A stretch of 63,299 bases of DNA from an uncultured Eubacteriales bacterium. GTDB lineage: Bacteria > Bacillota > Clostridia > Oscillospirales > QAMX01. Location of the stretch: positions 1-63,299 of the forward strand of contig CAJLFQ010000004.1 in the NCBI GenBank assembly GCA_905205975.1, read 5' to 3'. Under the pieces are notes generated by a model that was given only the letters and a program-made list of their open reading frames with translations, made no database searches and was not told where the DNA came from. A program made the position numbers and the translations under genes. This document shows, one piece after another, positions 10,063 through 19,128 of this stretch; the stretch's first letter is position 1, and each line of letters begins with the position of its first letter.

Positions 10063-10989
10063 ATGACACCTATGACACCCACGCCTCCTGTGCCCCCTGC
10101 GGCGCCCACGCCGCAAAAACCCAAAACCGCGCAAGTCATCCGGATGACCAAAGGCCTTGCAAAACCGGCGATGGCGCCCTACTTTTTCCGAATTATCCTC
10201 CTGCTCGCGCTGGAAGCGCTGACGGGATACGCGCTGTCCATGGTCTTTGCCGGTCTGGCGCAGCGCCTCGGCCTGTCGCTGACGGTCAAGGTCTGGGTCT
10301 ACGCGTTTGACCTGACCGCGGCGCTGCTGTCGCTGCTCGGAAACGCCCTGCTGCTGCCGCTGACGCTGGGCGTCACGGAGTTTCTAATGAAAGCTTTCCG
10401 CCGGAGCGGGCCGCGCGTTGCAGACGTTTTTCTCTGGTATGCCGACGGCGTTCACTGGAAACGCGTGCTGGAATATTACGTCTATGCCGTGCTGATCGGT
10501 CTAATCGCCATCCCGCTGTACGCCGTTCCGGCCAACTGGCTGATGGAAACGATCAACGCGGTGACCACGGATTTCGGCCAGCAGATGACGAACGGCGTCC
10601 TGTCGCCGGTGATTCACTGGTCGCTGGTCAACTTCCGGGCGGTCGGCGTTTCGCTGCTGCTGATGCTGCTCTACGCATTCCTCAGCGTCCGCCTGTTCCT
10701 GACGCCGTATTATTTTTTGGATCACCCGGAAATCGGCCCGTTTGAAGCGGCCGGCCGGTCATGGCGCGCCATGCGCGCTCATACATGGGAGTTTATCCTG
10801 CTGATCCTCAGCTTTATCGGCTGGTTCCTCATCTGCACGGTGACGATGTTTCTGACGGCGTTCTATCTGGTGCCTTACCTGCGGATGACGCTGACCATCT
10901 ACTCGGAATACGCCCGCTCCGCCGACGAACACAGCCATACGGTGCCGCCGGCAGACAATGCGGCGCCGCCGGAGGCGCCTTCGGTATGA
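10063..10989 (+). CDS. polytopic membrane protein with Pro-rich N-terminus (DUF975-like topology, family not certain)
   Basis: Several hydrophobic helices and an ACGGAGA SD. The stop overlaps the rlmH start (ATGA). The first 9 nt are tandemly duplicated (ATGACACCT ATGACACCC). Confidence 0.65.
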   Translation: MTPMTPTPPVPPAAPTPQKPKTAQVIRMTKGLAKPAMAPYFFRIILLLALEALTGYALSMVFAGLAQRLGLSLTVKVWVYAFDLTAALLSLLGNALLLPLTLGVTEFLMKAFRRSGPRVADVFLWYADGVHWKRVLEYYVYAVLIGLIAIPLYAVPANWLMETINAVTTDFGQQMTNGVLSPVIHWSLVNFRAVGVSLLLMLLYAFLSVRLFLTPYYFLDHPEIGPFEAAGRSWRAMRAHTWEFILLILSFIGWFLICTVTMFLTAFYLVPYLRMTLTIYSEYARSADEHSHTVPPADNAAPPEAPSV

Positions 10990-11459
10990 TTGCGGTCACC
11001 CTGATTTGCGTCGGCAAGCTGAAAGAGAAGCACTTTCAGACCGCCTGCGAGGAATATCTGAAACGGCTCCGGCCGTTTGCAGCGGTGACAGTGACGGAGC
11101 TGCCGGAGAAGCCGGTCGAAACCGAAGCGGAAATTGCCCCGGCGCTCGATGCAGAAGGCGATGCGATCGAGCGGGCCATCCCCAAAAATGCGTTTTTCAT
11201 CGTCTTATCGCCGGAAGGGCGGCAGATGCCGAGCGAAGCGTTCGCAGCCCGAATCGATGCGCTGGCCAGCGGCGGCGAGAGCCGGATCTGCTTCCTGATC
11301 GGCGGTTCCAACGGAATCTGTCCGCGCATCAAAAAACAGGCGAACCTCCTGCTCTCCATGTCGGAGATGACCTTTCCGCACCATCTGGCACGCGTGATGC
11401 TCTTGGAACAGCTGTATCGCGCGTTTGCCATCCTGAATCACCGAAAATACCACAAATAA
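10986..11459 (+). CDS. rlmH: 23S rRNA (pseudouridine1915-N3)-methyltransferase
   Basis: MIAVTLICVGKLKEKHFQTACEEYLKRL...FPHHLARVMLLEQLYRAF is a typical RlmH (SPOUT) sequence. The real start is internal to ORF 10761..11459. Confidence 0.9.
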   Translation: MIAVTLICVGKLKEKHFQTACEEYLKRLRPFAAVTVTELPEKPVETEAEIAPALDAEGDAIERAIPKNAFFIVLSPEGRQMPSEAFAARIDALASGGESRICFLIGGSNGICPRIKKQANLLLSMSEMTFPHHLARVMLLEQLYRAFAILNHRKYHK

Positions 11460-11464
11460 CGCGC

Positions 11465-11502
11465 ACCGCGGCAGGCAAAAAACGTCTGCCGCGGTTCTTT
11501 TT
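11465..11502 (+). terminator. rho-independent terminator after rlmH
   Basis: ACCGCGGCAG...CTGCCGCGGT 10-bp stem followed by TCTTTTT. Confidence 0.8.
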
Positions 11503-11648
11503 CGGCGTGATTTGTCGGATTTCCAAAAACGGCGGCGGGCGAAAAAAGAATCCATCTGTCCTTTGCGACAAAAAGAACCCCGCCGCGGCATATATGATAT
11601 ACGGGCAGGCGATATGCCAACTGAACAAAGGAAGGACAGGCCCGATAT

Positions 11649-13964
11649 ATGAAACTTTTCGAAGCGGAAACCGGAACCATCACGGAGGCGCGTCTGACGC
11701 GTGAAAAACGAGGGGTCTCTGCGGAGACCTGGTATCTGGCAGCCTCGGCTGCGGCCGGGTTTCTCTTGGCCCGCGCCATGATTTACGGCAGCTATGCGCC
11801 GTTCGGCGTCTCATTTTTACAGGCCCAGCAAAAAAACAAACGCCTGCTGGCAACGTTTGCCGGTGCGGTGATCGGCTCCTGCACGGTTTGGCACCGTGCG
11901 GACAGCGTCCGCTATCTCGCGGCCTCCCTGATCGCGCTGATGCTGAAGCTGATTCTGCGGCAGGTGTTCAACACCAAAACACGCCTGTTTGCCGCGCTGT
12001 CCACGGGGATTGCCGTCGGCCTGACCGGTTTGGTCTGGCGGCTTTCGACAGAAGGCTCCGCGCTGACCACGCTTTTGTACCTGGCGGAACTCATGCTTTC
12101 CATGGCCGCAGCCGCCGTTTTCTCCTACGCCGTCAACGGATCCGGCCGGCGGTTTGCATCGCCGTATGACGCCGAAAAACGGATGACGGCTGTTTTCGCC
12201 CTGCTGGCGCTCTGCTGCACGTCTTTCCCGGCGCTGACAATCGCCGGAGCGGTCATTCATTTCGGGCGAATGGCTGCCACGGTGCTGGTGTTGGCCGCGG
12301 CCTTCGCCGCGGGCGCTTACGGCGGCGTTATCACCGGCCTTTTGATTGGCTTGGCGGCTGACCTGACGGGGACAGGCGCCCCGCTCTGTACGGCGCTGTA
12401 TGCCGCCGGAGGCGCGGCGGCGGGGCTTGCCGTCCGCGGCGGCCGGCTGGTGAGCGCCGCGGTATTTGCCGGTGTCAACGCGCTGGCCGTGCTGATTCTG
12501 CCGGTGGGCGTGCAGGCGTACGGCGCCGTTGCAGAGGCTGCGGCCGGTGCCGTCATCTATGCGCTCCTGCCCAGAGGGGTGATGCGGCTGCTGCCGGAAC
12601 GGCGCACGCGGACTGCGGAAGAGTCTGATTATGAAATGCGCCTGCGGCGTCATATGCAGGCCAAACTGCACGGTTTGGCAGAGGCGTATGAAGACATCGC
12701 CAAAACCATGGAACCCGCCAGCGACTGCGAGAACGCAAAAGAAGCCGACTTGCTGGCGTCTGCTGTGGATGCCGCATGCGGCCGGTGCGAAAACCGCGCC
12801 GTCTGCATCCGGGAGATGGCGATGGACCGCCGGGCGCTTCAGAACATTCTGGCGCGCGGACGGGCCGAACCGGCCGATTTCAGCGGCACAGTCCGGTCGC
12901 GCTGCGGACGGATGGACGACGTCTGCGCCTGCTTCACACTGGCCGTCCGCGCCGGCCGCGAACGGCGGATCCGGGCGGGCGAACACCGCGAAAACCGTGC
13001 GCTCCTGTCCAGACAGTACGGGCAGATCTCGGCGCTCCTGGACGCAGAAGCGGAGGAACTGTCAGAAGGCCCGCATTTTGAACGGGCGCTGGAGACGGAA
13101 CTCAAGCGGCTTGCCGCGTCCTACGGCGTCGATGCAGAAGCGGCGGCATACCGGGACAGCAGCGGCCGTCTCCATGTGGAATTGTGCGGCACGGATCTGC
13201 ACATCCTGAATGGACAGGGGGAAGCGCTGGCGGAAGCCATGCAGCGCATCTGCGGCGTCCGCATGGGTCTGCCGGAGCAGTTGGAAGGGCGGCACTTTTC
13301 CTGCCTGTCGTTTGCCGAACAGCCTGATTTTTCCTGCCGCATCGGCGCCACGGCTGAAAAAAAGCGCGGCGAACGCATCAGCGGAGACTGCGGAACCTAT
13401 TTTACCGGAAAAGACGGCAGCATGTATGTGGTTCTGTGCGACGGCATGGGCAGCGGCAGCGAAGCCCGGGATGAAGCCGTCCGGACGGTCAAGCTGCTGG
13501 AAAGCTTCCTGCGGGCGGGCATCGAACCGAAACATGCGGCCGACATTATCCGGTCGTCGGTGCGGATCCGTTCGGACGGCGAAACGTTTGCCACGGTGGA
13601 CATTGCCGTCGTCAATCCGAAAACCAGCGAGCTCTGCACGATCAAATACCGGGCGGCGCCGACGTATCTCCGCCGGAAATGCGGGGGCGCGTTTGCAGTG
13701 CGGATGATTGAGGGCAGCAGAGAGCTGGATGATATCGCCGTGACGCGGACGCCGCTGGCGGAGGGGGACATGATTGTCCTGACAAGCGACGGCGTCACAG
13801 CGGGCGGAACACCGTCGGATTTTTGCGAATGCCTCAAAAAACTGCACTGCGACAACCCGCGGGAATTGTCCGAACTGCTGCTGCGGATGTCCAGAACGGC
13901 GGACGAACGAGACGACCGGACCGTGATCGCGCTGCATTATGCAAAACACGAAATCCCGGTATAA
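11649..13964 (+). CDS. spoIIE: stage II sporulation protein E (membrane PP2C phosphatase)
   Basis: About 10 N-terminal TM helices plus a C-terminal PP2C domain with SGDCGTYFTGKDGSMYVVLCDGMGSGSEA and DDRTVIAL. Confidence 0.9.
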   Translation: MKLFEAETGTITEARLTREKRGVSAETWYLAASAAAGFLLARAMIYGSYAPFGVSFLQAQQKNKRLLATFAGAVIGSCTVWHRADSVRYLAASLIALMLKLILRQVFNTKTRLFAALSTGIAVGLTGLVWRLSTEGSALTTLLYLAELMLSMAAAAVFSYAVNGSGRRFASPYDAEKRMTAVFALLALCCTSFPALTIAGAVIHFGRMAATVLVLAAAFAAGAYGGVITGLLIGLAADLTGTGAPLCTALYAAGGAAAGLAVRGGRLVSAAVFAGVNALAVLILPVGVQAYGAVAEAAAGAVIYALLPRGVMRLLPERRTRTAEESDYEMRLRRHMQAKLHGLAEAYEDIAKTMEPASDCENAKEADLLASAVDAACGRCENRAVCIREMAMDRRALQNILARGRAEPADFSGTVRSRCGRMDDVCACFTLAVRAGRERRIRAGEHRENRALLSRQYGQISALLDAEAEELSEGPHFERALETELKRLAASYGVDAEAAAYRDSSGRLHVELCGTDLHILNGQGEALAEAMQRICGVRMGLPEQLEGRHFSCLSFAEQPDFSCRIGATAEKKRGERISGDCGTYFTGKDGSMYVVLCDGMGSGSEARDEAVRTVKLLESFLRAGIEPKHAADIIRSSVRIRSDGETFATVDIAVVNPKTSELCTIKYRAAPTYLRRKCGGAFAVRMIEGSRELDDIAVTRTPLAEGDMIVLTSDGVTAGGTPSDFCECLKKLHCDNPRELSELLLRMSRTADERDDRTVIALHYAKHEIPV

Positions 13965-14018
13965 CGGCGGGCGCTGCGGGGGACAATAAACGGGAACCCG
14001 GAAAAGGAGGGCACCGCA

Positions 14019-14240
14019 ATGATCCATGGCGCAGCAAAACATGTCATCATCATCAAAAATCCGGATAAACATCTGTTTGAACAGGTGATTTTTGTTTTGA
14101 AACGGGATTTGTTTGAAAAAAACGGAAAAAGCGAGGATGAAATTCTCGCCGAGGCCAAACGTGCCGCAGAGGGATATGTGCAGAAGGCCTTTCCAAAAAG
14201 GGCGCAATGTGATATAATCAGGGAAAACATCGATCGATAG
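14019..14240 (+). CDS. small hypothetical protein (73 aa)
   Basis: Strong AAGGAGG SD 8 nt upstream of the ATG. GC is lower than in the neighbours. No family recognised. Confidence 0.6.
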   Translation: MIHGAAKHVIIIKNPDKHLFEQVIFVLKRDLFEKNGKSEDEILAEAKRAAEGYVQKAFPKRAQCDIIRENIDR

Positions 14241-14272
14241 ACCGATTGCGGAAGGAGCCGCAGATTTCCTTG

Positions 14273-15043
14273 ATGCCAACCAGCCAGCAAGTCCAGGCGT
14301 TTGCCGATGCCTGCGCCCGCGCCGCGGAGACCGCAAGGGGCGAAAACGGGATTGGTTCGCTCGGCGAAAAGACCATGCACCTGGCGCTGAAGTTTTTTTA
14401 CGAGCCGGATCCTGCGCGTCATGAGCGGAAGCTGCAGGGCTATGTGACCGATGCGTTCACGGAGCATGGCGCCGTCGAAATTCAAACGGCGCAGATTCAC
14501 CGCCTGACGCGCAAGCTGGAGGCGTTTCTGCCGGTGACGGACGTCCGCGTGGTCTGTCCGATTGCCGTCGAAAAAAGGATCATCTGGCTGGAACCGGCGA
14601 GCGGCGAAGCGGTCGAAACGAACCGCTCCCGCGTCCATGAAAAACCGCTGGAAGTGGCCGCCGGGCTGTGTGCGCTGAAAGCGCTCCTGCAAAACCCGGC
14701 GCTGTCGGTGGATATCGTCTGTCTCACGGCCGACGAATACCGCCTGCTTGACGGCGGCGGAGAGACGCGCAAACGCCGCGCAACCAAATACGAAGTGATT
14801 CCAACCGCGCTGACCGCGCTGATCCCCCTGCGAACGCCGAAAGATTATGCAGAACTCCTGCCGGAAGGGCTGCCCGCCCCCTTTACAAGCGCGGTGCTGG
14901 CCAAAACGGCGCACATCCGGCGGCGCGACGCGCAGCAGGCGCTGAATCTGCTGGCGTCGCTTGGCGCCATCCAGCCGGACGGCAAACGCGGCCGTGAGAA
15001 CCTCTATACATATGCCTCTGAAACAAACAAGCCGGACAGATAG
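14273..15043 (+). CDS. hypothetical protein, PD-(D/E)XK nuclease-like core
   Basis: GEKTMHLALKFFYEP...GYVTDAFTEHGAVEIQT looks like a D...E-x-Q/K restriction-endonuclease-fold motif. There is a possible winged-helix-like C-terminus. The ATG at 14273 lies downstream of GGAAGGAG. Confidence 0.6.
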   Translation: MPTSQQVQAFADACARAAETARGENGIGSLGEKTMHLALKFFYEPDPARHERKLQGYVTDAFTEHGAVEIQTAQIHRLTRKLEAFLPVTDVRVVCPIAVEKRIIWLEPASGEAVETNRSRVHEKPLEVAAGLCALKALLQNPALSVDIVCLTADEYRLLDGGGETRKRRATKYEVIPTALTALIPLRTPKDYAELLPEGLPAPFTSAVLAKTAHIRRRDAQQALNLLASLGAIQPDGKRGRENLYTYASETNKPDR

Positions 15044-15058
15044 CAATCTGTCCGGCTT
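15019..15058 (-). terminator. terminator for the GH36-like gene, overlapping the stop codon of the convergent + gene
   Basis: AAGCCGGACAGA / TCTGTCCGGCTT 12-bp stem. The minus-strand tail is TTGTTTGTTT. The TAG of the + gene sits in the loop. Confidence 0.6.
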
Positions 15059-15075
15059 GCCGGTTATATGCGGTT

Positions 15076-16809
15076 TTATATGCGGGTCAGCGTCACGGTG
15101 CCGTTGACCGGAACCGAATCGATCACGGGGAAAGCGCCGTTCAGCGCCAGTTCGCCGGAGCCCGTCTGGCGGCCGCGGCAGTCGGCGATCACATAGTGAT
15201 ACCGTCCGGCCGCCGGTGCATCGATCAAAATCCGGTTCTCCGCAGAAGCGTTGACCAGGGCGATGGTGTCCGTCGGTTCTGGGATGTAGGCGATCATGCC
15301 CGCATACACGGCGCCGACCTGAACATCGCCTTTCCGGGCGGAGACATAGGGAAAGTCGGCGGCGTATCCCTTGTAGAACAGCTCGCCGTCCAGCAGCACC
15401 GTGCGGTACTTGCGCCAGAATGCCAGATAGGCGTCCACCATTTCGGCCTGTTCCGGCGTCATCTGCGTGCGGCGGACGGAAATCTGCGGCACGGCAAACA
15501 GCACGCCTGTCAGCTGGAAGGCGGCCAGCTCCGCCGGTTCATCCGGGTGCCACATGACCATATCGGAATGGATGGCTGTCCGCCCGCAGAGCATACGGAG
15601 CGTCAGCGTGGCCAACCGGTTGGAGCGGGCGTCACACGGGCAGTCGCCCGCACGGAACATATTGCCGAACGTCCGCATCAGCGGGCCGATATAAGACTGC
15701 CGGAACTCAATTAGAATGTCCGGCTTGATGGCGCGCAGCGCGGCGAGGATGTCCTTCATCAGGCGGTCAACCGCGTCGTAGACCGAAACGAAATCCATGT
15801 CGCTTGAAACGCGGTCCGTCTGATAGAAGGAGTCGATAAAGTCGAGCTTCAGGCCGTCCAGATCCCAGTCGAGAACGGCTTGCCGGTAGAGCTGAATCAG
15901 GTGTTCACGCACCGCCGGGAAGCGCGGGTCGAGCGTATGCGTTTTGGAAAAATCGGCGCGGTTGTCGCGGTCCAGCATCTGATTCCGGAACCGCTCATAG
16001 GCGGCCGTATATTCGCCGACGAACGGAACGGAGTACCAAAGGACGAATTTCATCCCGGCTGCATGAACCGCCTCGACGAACGCTTTCATTGAAGGGATCT
16101 TGGCTGGGGTCGGTTGCCAGTCGCCGCAGTAGTCGTATCCGCGGCTGCCGTCTTCGGTCTGCCAGCCGTCGTCCACGATCAAAACGCGAACGCCGCGCTG
16201 GGCAAAATAGCGGCATTCATCGACGATGGCGGGCACGTCAATCGCCTGATGGTAGCTGTACCACGCGGAATAAAGCGGCTCGCGCGCCGCCTCAGGGACG
16301 GCGGCGGGCGTATACCCTTCGTAAGTCGTCCACCAGTCGGAGACATCGCCGACAACCCGATAGAAGGGCAGCGCGCGCCGGTCGATGCGGATGTCGGCTT
16401 CATAGTGCGCAATCGCGCTGTCGACATGGATGACGACCCGGCAGTCCAGACAGCCGTTTTCCTCGATGATGCCGGCGTGCATACCGACCTGATTTTTGGC
16501 GTCGGAGCAGGCGATTGTCAGGCGGTTTCCATCGTCAGCGCCGATCATCGTATAGATGGGCGCGCCGGACGTTGCAAACGAGCGGGAAAGCCCGCACCAG
16601 TTCGGAATGAGTGTTTTGTCTTTGTACCCGCCGGGCGTCCAGGCGGACAGCACGCCGATATCCGGGCACGTCCAGACGAGCGTCAGCTCCAGCGGCGCAG
16701 GCGCGTCCGCGGCGTCGGCGGTCAGATGCAGCAGCGTGAGATCGGGTGCGGGGGAAGATTCTGTCAGCTCCGCGCGGAACGCGTCGGATGACTGCAGGCG
16801 GTAGTTCAT
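15076..16809 (-). CDS. alpha-galactosidase-like glycoside hydrolase (GH36/clan D-like)
   Basis: VLIVDDGWQ, MKFVLWYSV and DGLKLDFIDSF resemble the melibiase/GH36 catalytic (beta/alpha)8 motifs. No signal peptide. Confidence 0.65.
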   Translation of the reverse strand: MNYRLQSSDAFRAELTESSPAPDLTLLHLTADAADAPAPLELTLVWTCPDIGVLSAWTPGGYKDKTLIPNWCGLSRSFATSGAPIYTMIGADDGNRLTIACSDAKNQVGMHAGIIEENGCLDCRVVIHVDSAIAHYEADIRIDRRALPFYRVVGDVSDWWTTYEGYTPAAVPEAAREPLYSAWYSYHQAIDVPAIVDECRYFAQRGVRVLIVDDGWQTEDGSRGYDYCGDWQPTPAKIPSMKAFVEAVHAAGMKFVLWYSVPFVGEYTAAYERFRNQMLDRDNRADFSKTHTLDPRFPAVREHLIQLYRQAVLDWDLDGLKLDFIDSFYQTDRVSSDMDFVSVYDAVDRLMKDILAALRAIKPDILIEFRQSYIGPLMRTFGNMFRAGDCPCDARSNRLATLTLRMLCGRTAIHSDMVMWHPDEPAELAAFQLTGVLFAVPQISVRRTQMTPEQAEMVDAYLAFWRKYRTVLLDGELFYKGYAADFPYVSARKGDVQVGAVYAGMIAYIPEPTDTIALVNASAENRILIDAPAAGRYHYVIADCRGRQTGSGELALNGAFPVIDSVPVNGTVTLTRI

Positions 16810-16886
16810 ATACAGGAGCTCCTTTCTGAATCAGGGAAGCCGTTTCCGGCTTTTCAACAGCGTTTCAGCAAGCGTCATCCGTCGGA

Positions 16887-18179
16887 TCAGCCGATGACCG
16901 CAGTCGTCGGCTCGGCGGGCGCCGAAGCATCTTCTTCCGCTGAGCGCCGGATATTTTCTTCGTGCTGCGCAATCGTCGAGGCAAAGTAATGCCAACCGTT
17001 TTTCCGGGCAACATAGTAATAATAATTGGTTTCTTCGGGGTAGAGCGCGGCGCGGATGGCGGCAAGCCCCGGGTTGGAGATCGGGCCGATGGGCAGCCCT
17101 TCGCAGATGTAGGTGTTGTATGGGCTGTCAATCAGCAGGTCTTCCGCGGTCAGCTTTTCTTTCCACTCTGGCAAAGCATACTGAACGGTGGCGTCGATCT
17201 GTAAATGGGGGAACCGGCTGCTGCGCAGCCGGTTGTGGATGACGGAAGAAATGGCGGGCCGTTCTTCGTCGTATTTGGCTTCGCGCTCGATCATGGAGGC
17301 GATGATCATGATATCGCGCACACTCATGTTGATGTTTTCCGCGCGGGACTTGAGATCGACGTCCCATTTCCGGTTGAAGTTGGACAGGAATTTTTTCAAA
17401 ACGCGAACCGGCGAGTCGCCGACGTAGAAGTCATAGGTGTCGGGGAAGAGATATCCTTCCAGACGCTTGTCGGAATACGGCAGATCCTTCAAAAAACGGT
17501 AGGAAAAGTCATAATATTTCGCATACGCGTGGAGCAGATACGCTTCGCAGACGCCGTTTTCTTCCAGCAGTTCGAAGATATCGTCCAGAACCATGCCTTC
17601 CGGGATGGTCACAGTGACCACCTGCTTGGTGCTGGCGCGGTATTTGATTTTGGAGAGGATGGTGCGGTAGTCCATCGATGGGCTAAGCGTATAGGTGCCG
17701 GGCTGGATTTTGTCGCCCATGTGTGTCATCTTTGCGAACGTCCAGAACAGGGAGGGATAGCGTATGACGCCGTCGTCGGAGAGCTGACCGGCGATCTCAC
17801 GGAGCGAAGCGTCGTCGCTGATCTCGACCGTGATCTCCTTGTCGCTTTTGACGAGGGCAAACATATCGTTGGCGGCCAGAATTGCAAATGCGGCCAGCAG
17901 AATCGACAGCCCCAGCACCAATGCGCAGTAGGCAAAGGTGGAGAGACAGCCGATTCCGGCGCGCGGTTTTTCTTCCGAGCGGTCGTCCGGCATTTCATCT
18001 TCCGGTGCTGGTTCCGCCGGTGCAGGCGGTTCGGCAGCCGGCGTTTTTTGTGTTTCTTCCGGCGCGGGTTCGGCGCCGTCTTCCGCCAAAAGGCGGTTCA
18101 GAAGCGCGTTGTCCGAGGCAGGCGGCGTCGAATCGCCGCTGTCCGGCAGATTTTCAAAGTCAAACGGTTTTTTGTCCAT
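16887..18179 (-). CDS. mltG: endolytic murein transglycosylase MltG (YceG family) with acidic, Pro-rich N-terminal tail
   Basis: TM anchor plus the YceG motifs ASMIEREAKYDEERP, LQIDATVQYAL and SPYNTYICEGLPIGPISNPG. Confidence 0.9.
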   Translation of the reverse strand: MDKKPFDFENLPDSGDSTPPASDNALLNRLLAEDGAEPAPEETQKTPAAEPPAPAEPAPEDEMPDDRSEEKPRAGIGCLSTFAYCALVLGLSILLAAFAILAANDMFALVKSDKEITVEISDDASLREIAGQLSDDGVIRYPSLFWTFAKMTHMGDKIQPGTYTLSPSMDYRTILSKIKYRASTKQVVTVTIPEGMVLDDIFELLEENGVCEAYLLHAYAKYYDFSYRFLKDLPYSDKRLEGYLFPDTYDFYVGDSPVRVLKKFLSNFNRKWDVDLKSRAENINMSVRDIMIIASMIEREAKYDEERPAISSVIHNRLRSSRFPHLQIDATVQYALPEWKEKLTAEDLLIDSPYNTYICEGLPIGPISNPGLAAIRAALYPEETNYYYYVARKNGWHYFASTIAQHEENIRRSAEEDASAPAEPTTAVIG

Positions 18180-18337
18180 GGTGGCGATGCCTTTCCGGAT
18201 CCGGCCTTACGGCGGAGTCCTTGCTGCGCCGCGCGGAACACATTGCGGCACAGCAGCATAGTATGGTCTCGAAAGGGCAGAAACCCTTGAAAACAGCTTT
18301 CTCCATAGCTGAAATTTCAGAAAGGCTGGTCAAAACC

Positions 18338-18436
18338 ATGTGCTGCAACAATATTTTTGACGACAACAACTGCTGGTGGATCATCATCGTGATCGCGATC
18401 ATTCTGCTGCTGTTCTCTTCCTGCTGCAACGACTGA
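18338..18436 (+). CDS. 32-aa cysteine-rich hydrophobic peptide
   Basis: MCCNNIFDDNNCWWIIIVIAIILLLFSSCCND. It sits in a local low-GC island and is followed by its own terminator. The SD is weak (AAAGG 12 nt upstream). Confidence 0.5.
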   Translation: MCCNNIFDDNNCWWIIIVIAIILLLFSSCCND

Positions 18437-18461
18437 TTCAAACCCAGTAGAGCGCAGACGG

Positions 18462-18500
18462 CCGCCCGCCCGGATTCCGTGCGGGCGGTCGGCATTTTTT
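18462..18500 (+). terminator. rho-independent terminator after the small Cys-rich ORF
   Basis: CCGCCCGC...GCGGGCGG hairpin followed by TCGGCATTTTTT. Confidence 0.65.
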
Positions 18501-18506
18501 GCACAA

Positions 18507-19064
18507 TCAGTCTGGAAACTGCATGGAGCGGCGGACAAAGGCCGCGCTGACGCTGTCCTTCAGCAGTGTGCCGACGGCGAAAGCAAAATCGGCGGCGACA
18601 CCTGCGCCGGCGGCCGTGACAAAGCGGCCGTCTGTGACAACGCGGTCGCTGACCTTTTCAGCGCCGAGAAGATGTTCTTCAAATCCGGGGAAACAGGTGG
18701 CGCGGCGGCCGCGGAGCAGCCCAAGCCGTCCGATCACCATCGGTGCGGCGCAGATGGCGCCGACAACGCCGCCGGCTTCAGCCGTGCGGCAGACGAGTTC
18801 GCCGACCGGGCGCGTTGCGTCCAAATTGCGGGTGCCGGGCATCCCGCCCGGCAGAATCACCGCGGCAGGCGTTTGGTTCTTCAGCTGGTTCAGCGTCCGG
18901 TCCATGGTCAGCTCCATGCCGTGCGCACCGCGAACCTGCTTTCCTGTCACGCCGACCAAAACGACGTCCAGTTCCATGCGGCGGAGAATATCCACCGGCG
19001 TAACGGCTTCGATTTCTTCAAAACCGTCGGCAAACAAAACATAAACAGAAGAATCCGTCATCAT
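18507..19064 (-). CDS. DJ-1/PfpI family protein
   Basis: MMTDSSVYVLFADGFEEIEAVTPVDILRR...AICAAPMV carries the nucleophile-elbow Cys. AAAGGTG SD lies before the ATG at 19064, so the ORF-track start at 19256 is an extension. Confidence 0.85.
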   Translation of the reverse strand: MMTDSSVYVLFADGFEEIEAVTPVDILRRMELDVVLVGVTGKQVRGAHGMELTMDRTLNQLKNQTPAAVILPGGMPGTRNLDATRPVGELVCRTAEAGGVVGAICAAPMVIGRLGLLRGRRATCFPGFEEHLLGAEKVSDRVVTDGRFVTAAGAGVAADFAFAVGTLLKDSVSAAFVRRSMQFPD

Positions 19065-19128
19065 CGGGTTCACACCTTTCGGGTCAGATATCGTCTCCGC
19101 TCCATAGTATCTGCCGGAGCGGAGCGGT

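Noticed and set aside
13062-14336. 424-aa minus-strand ORF spanning the spoIIE 3' end, the 73-aa gene and two intergenic gaps
   Set aside because: It is striking because it stays open across intergenic DNA. However, it has no SD and no recognisable domain, and it contradicts three plus-strand genes with good SDs. I judge it a chance open frame.
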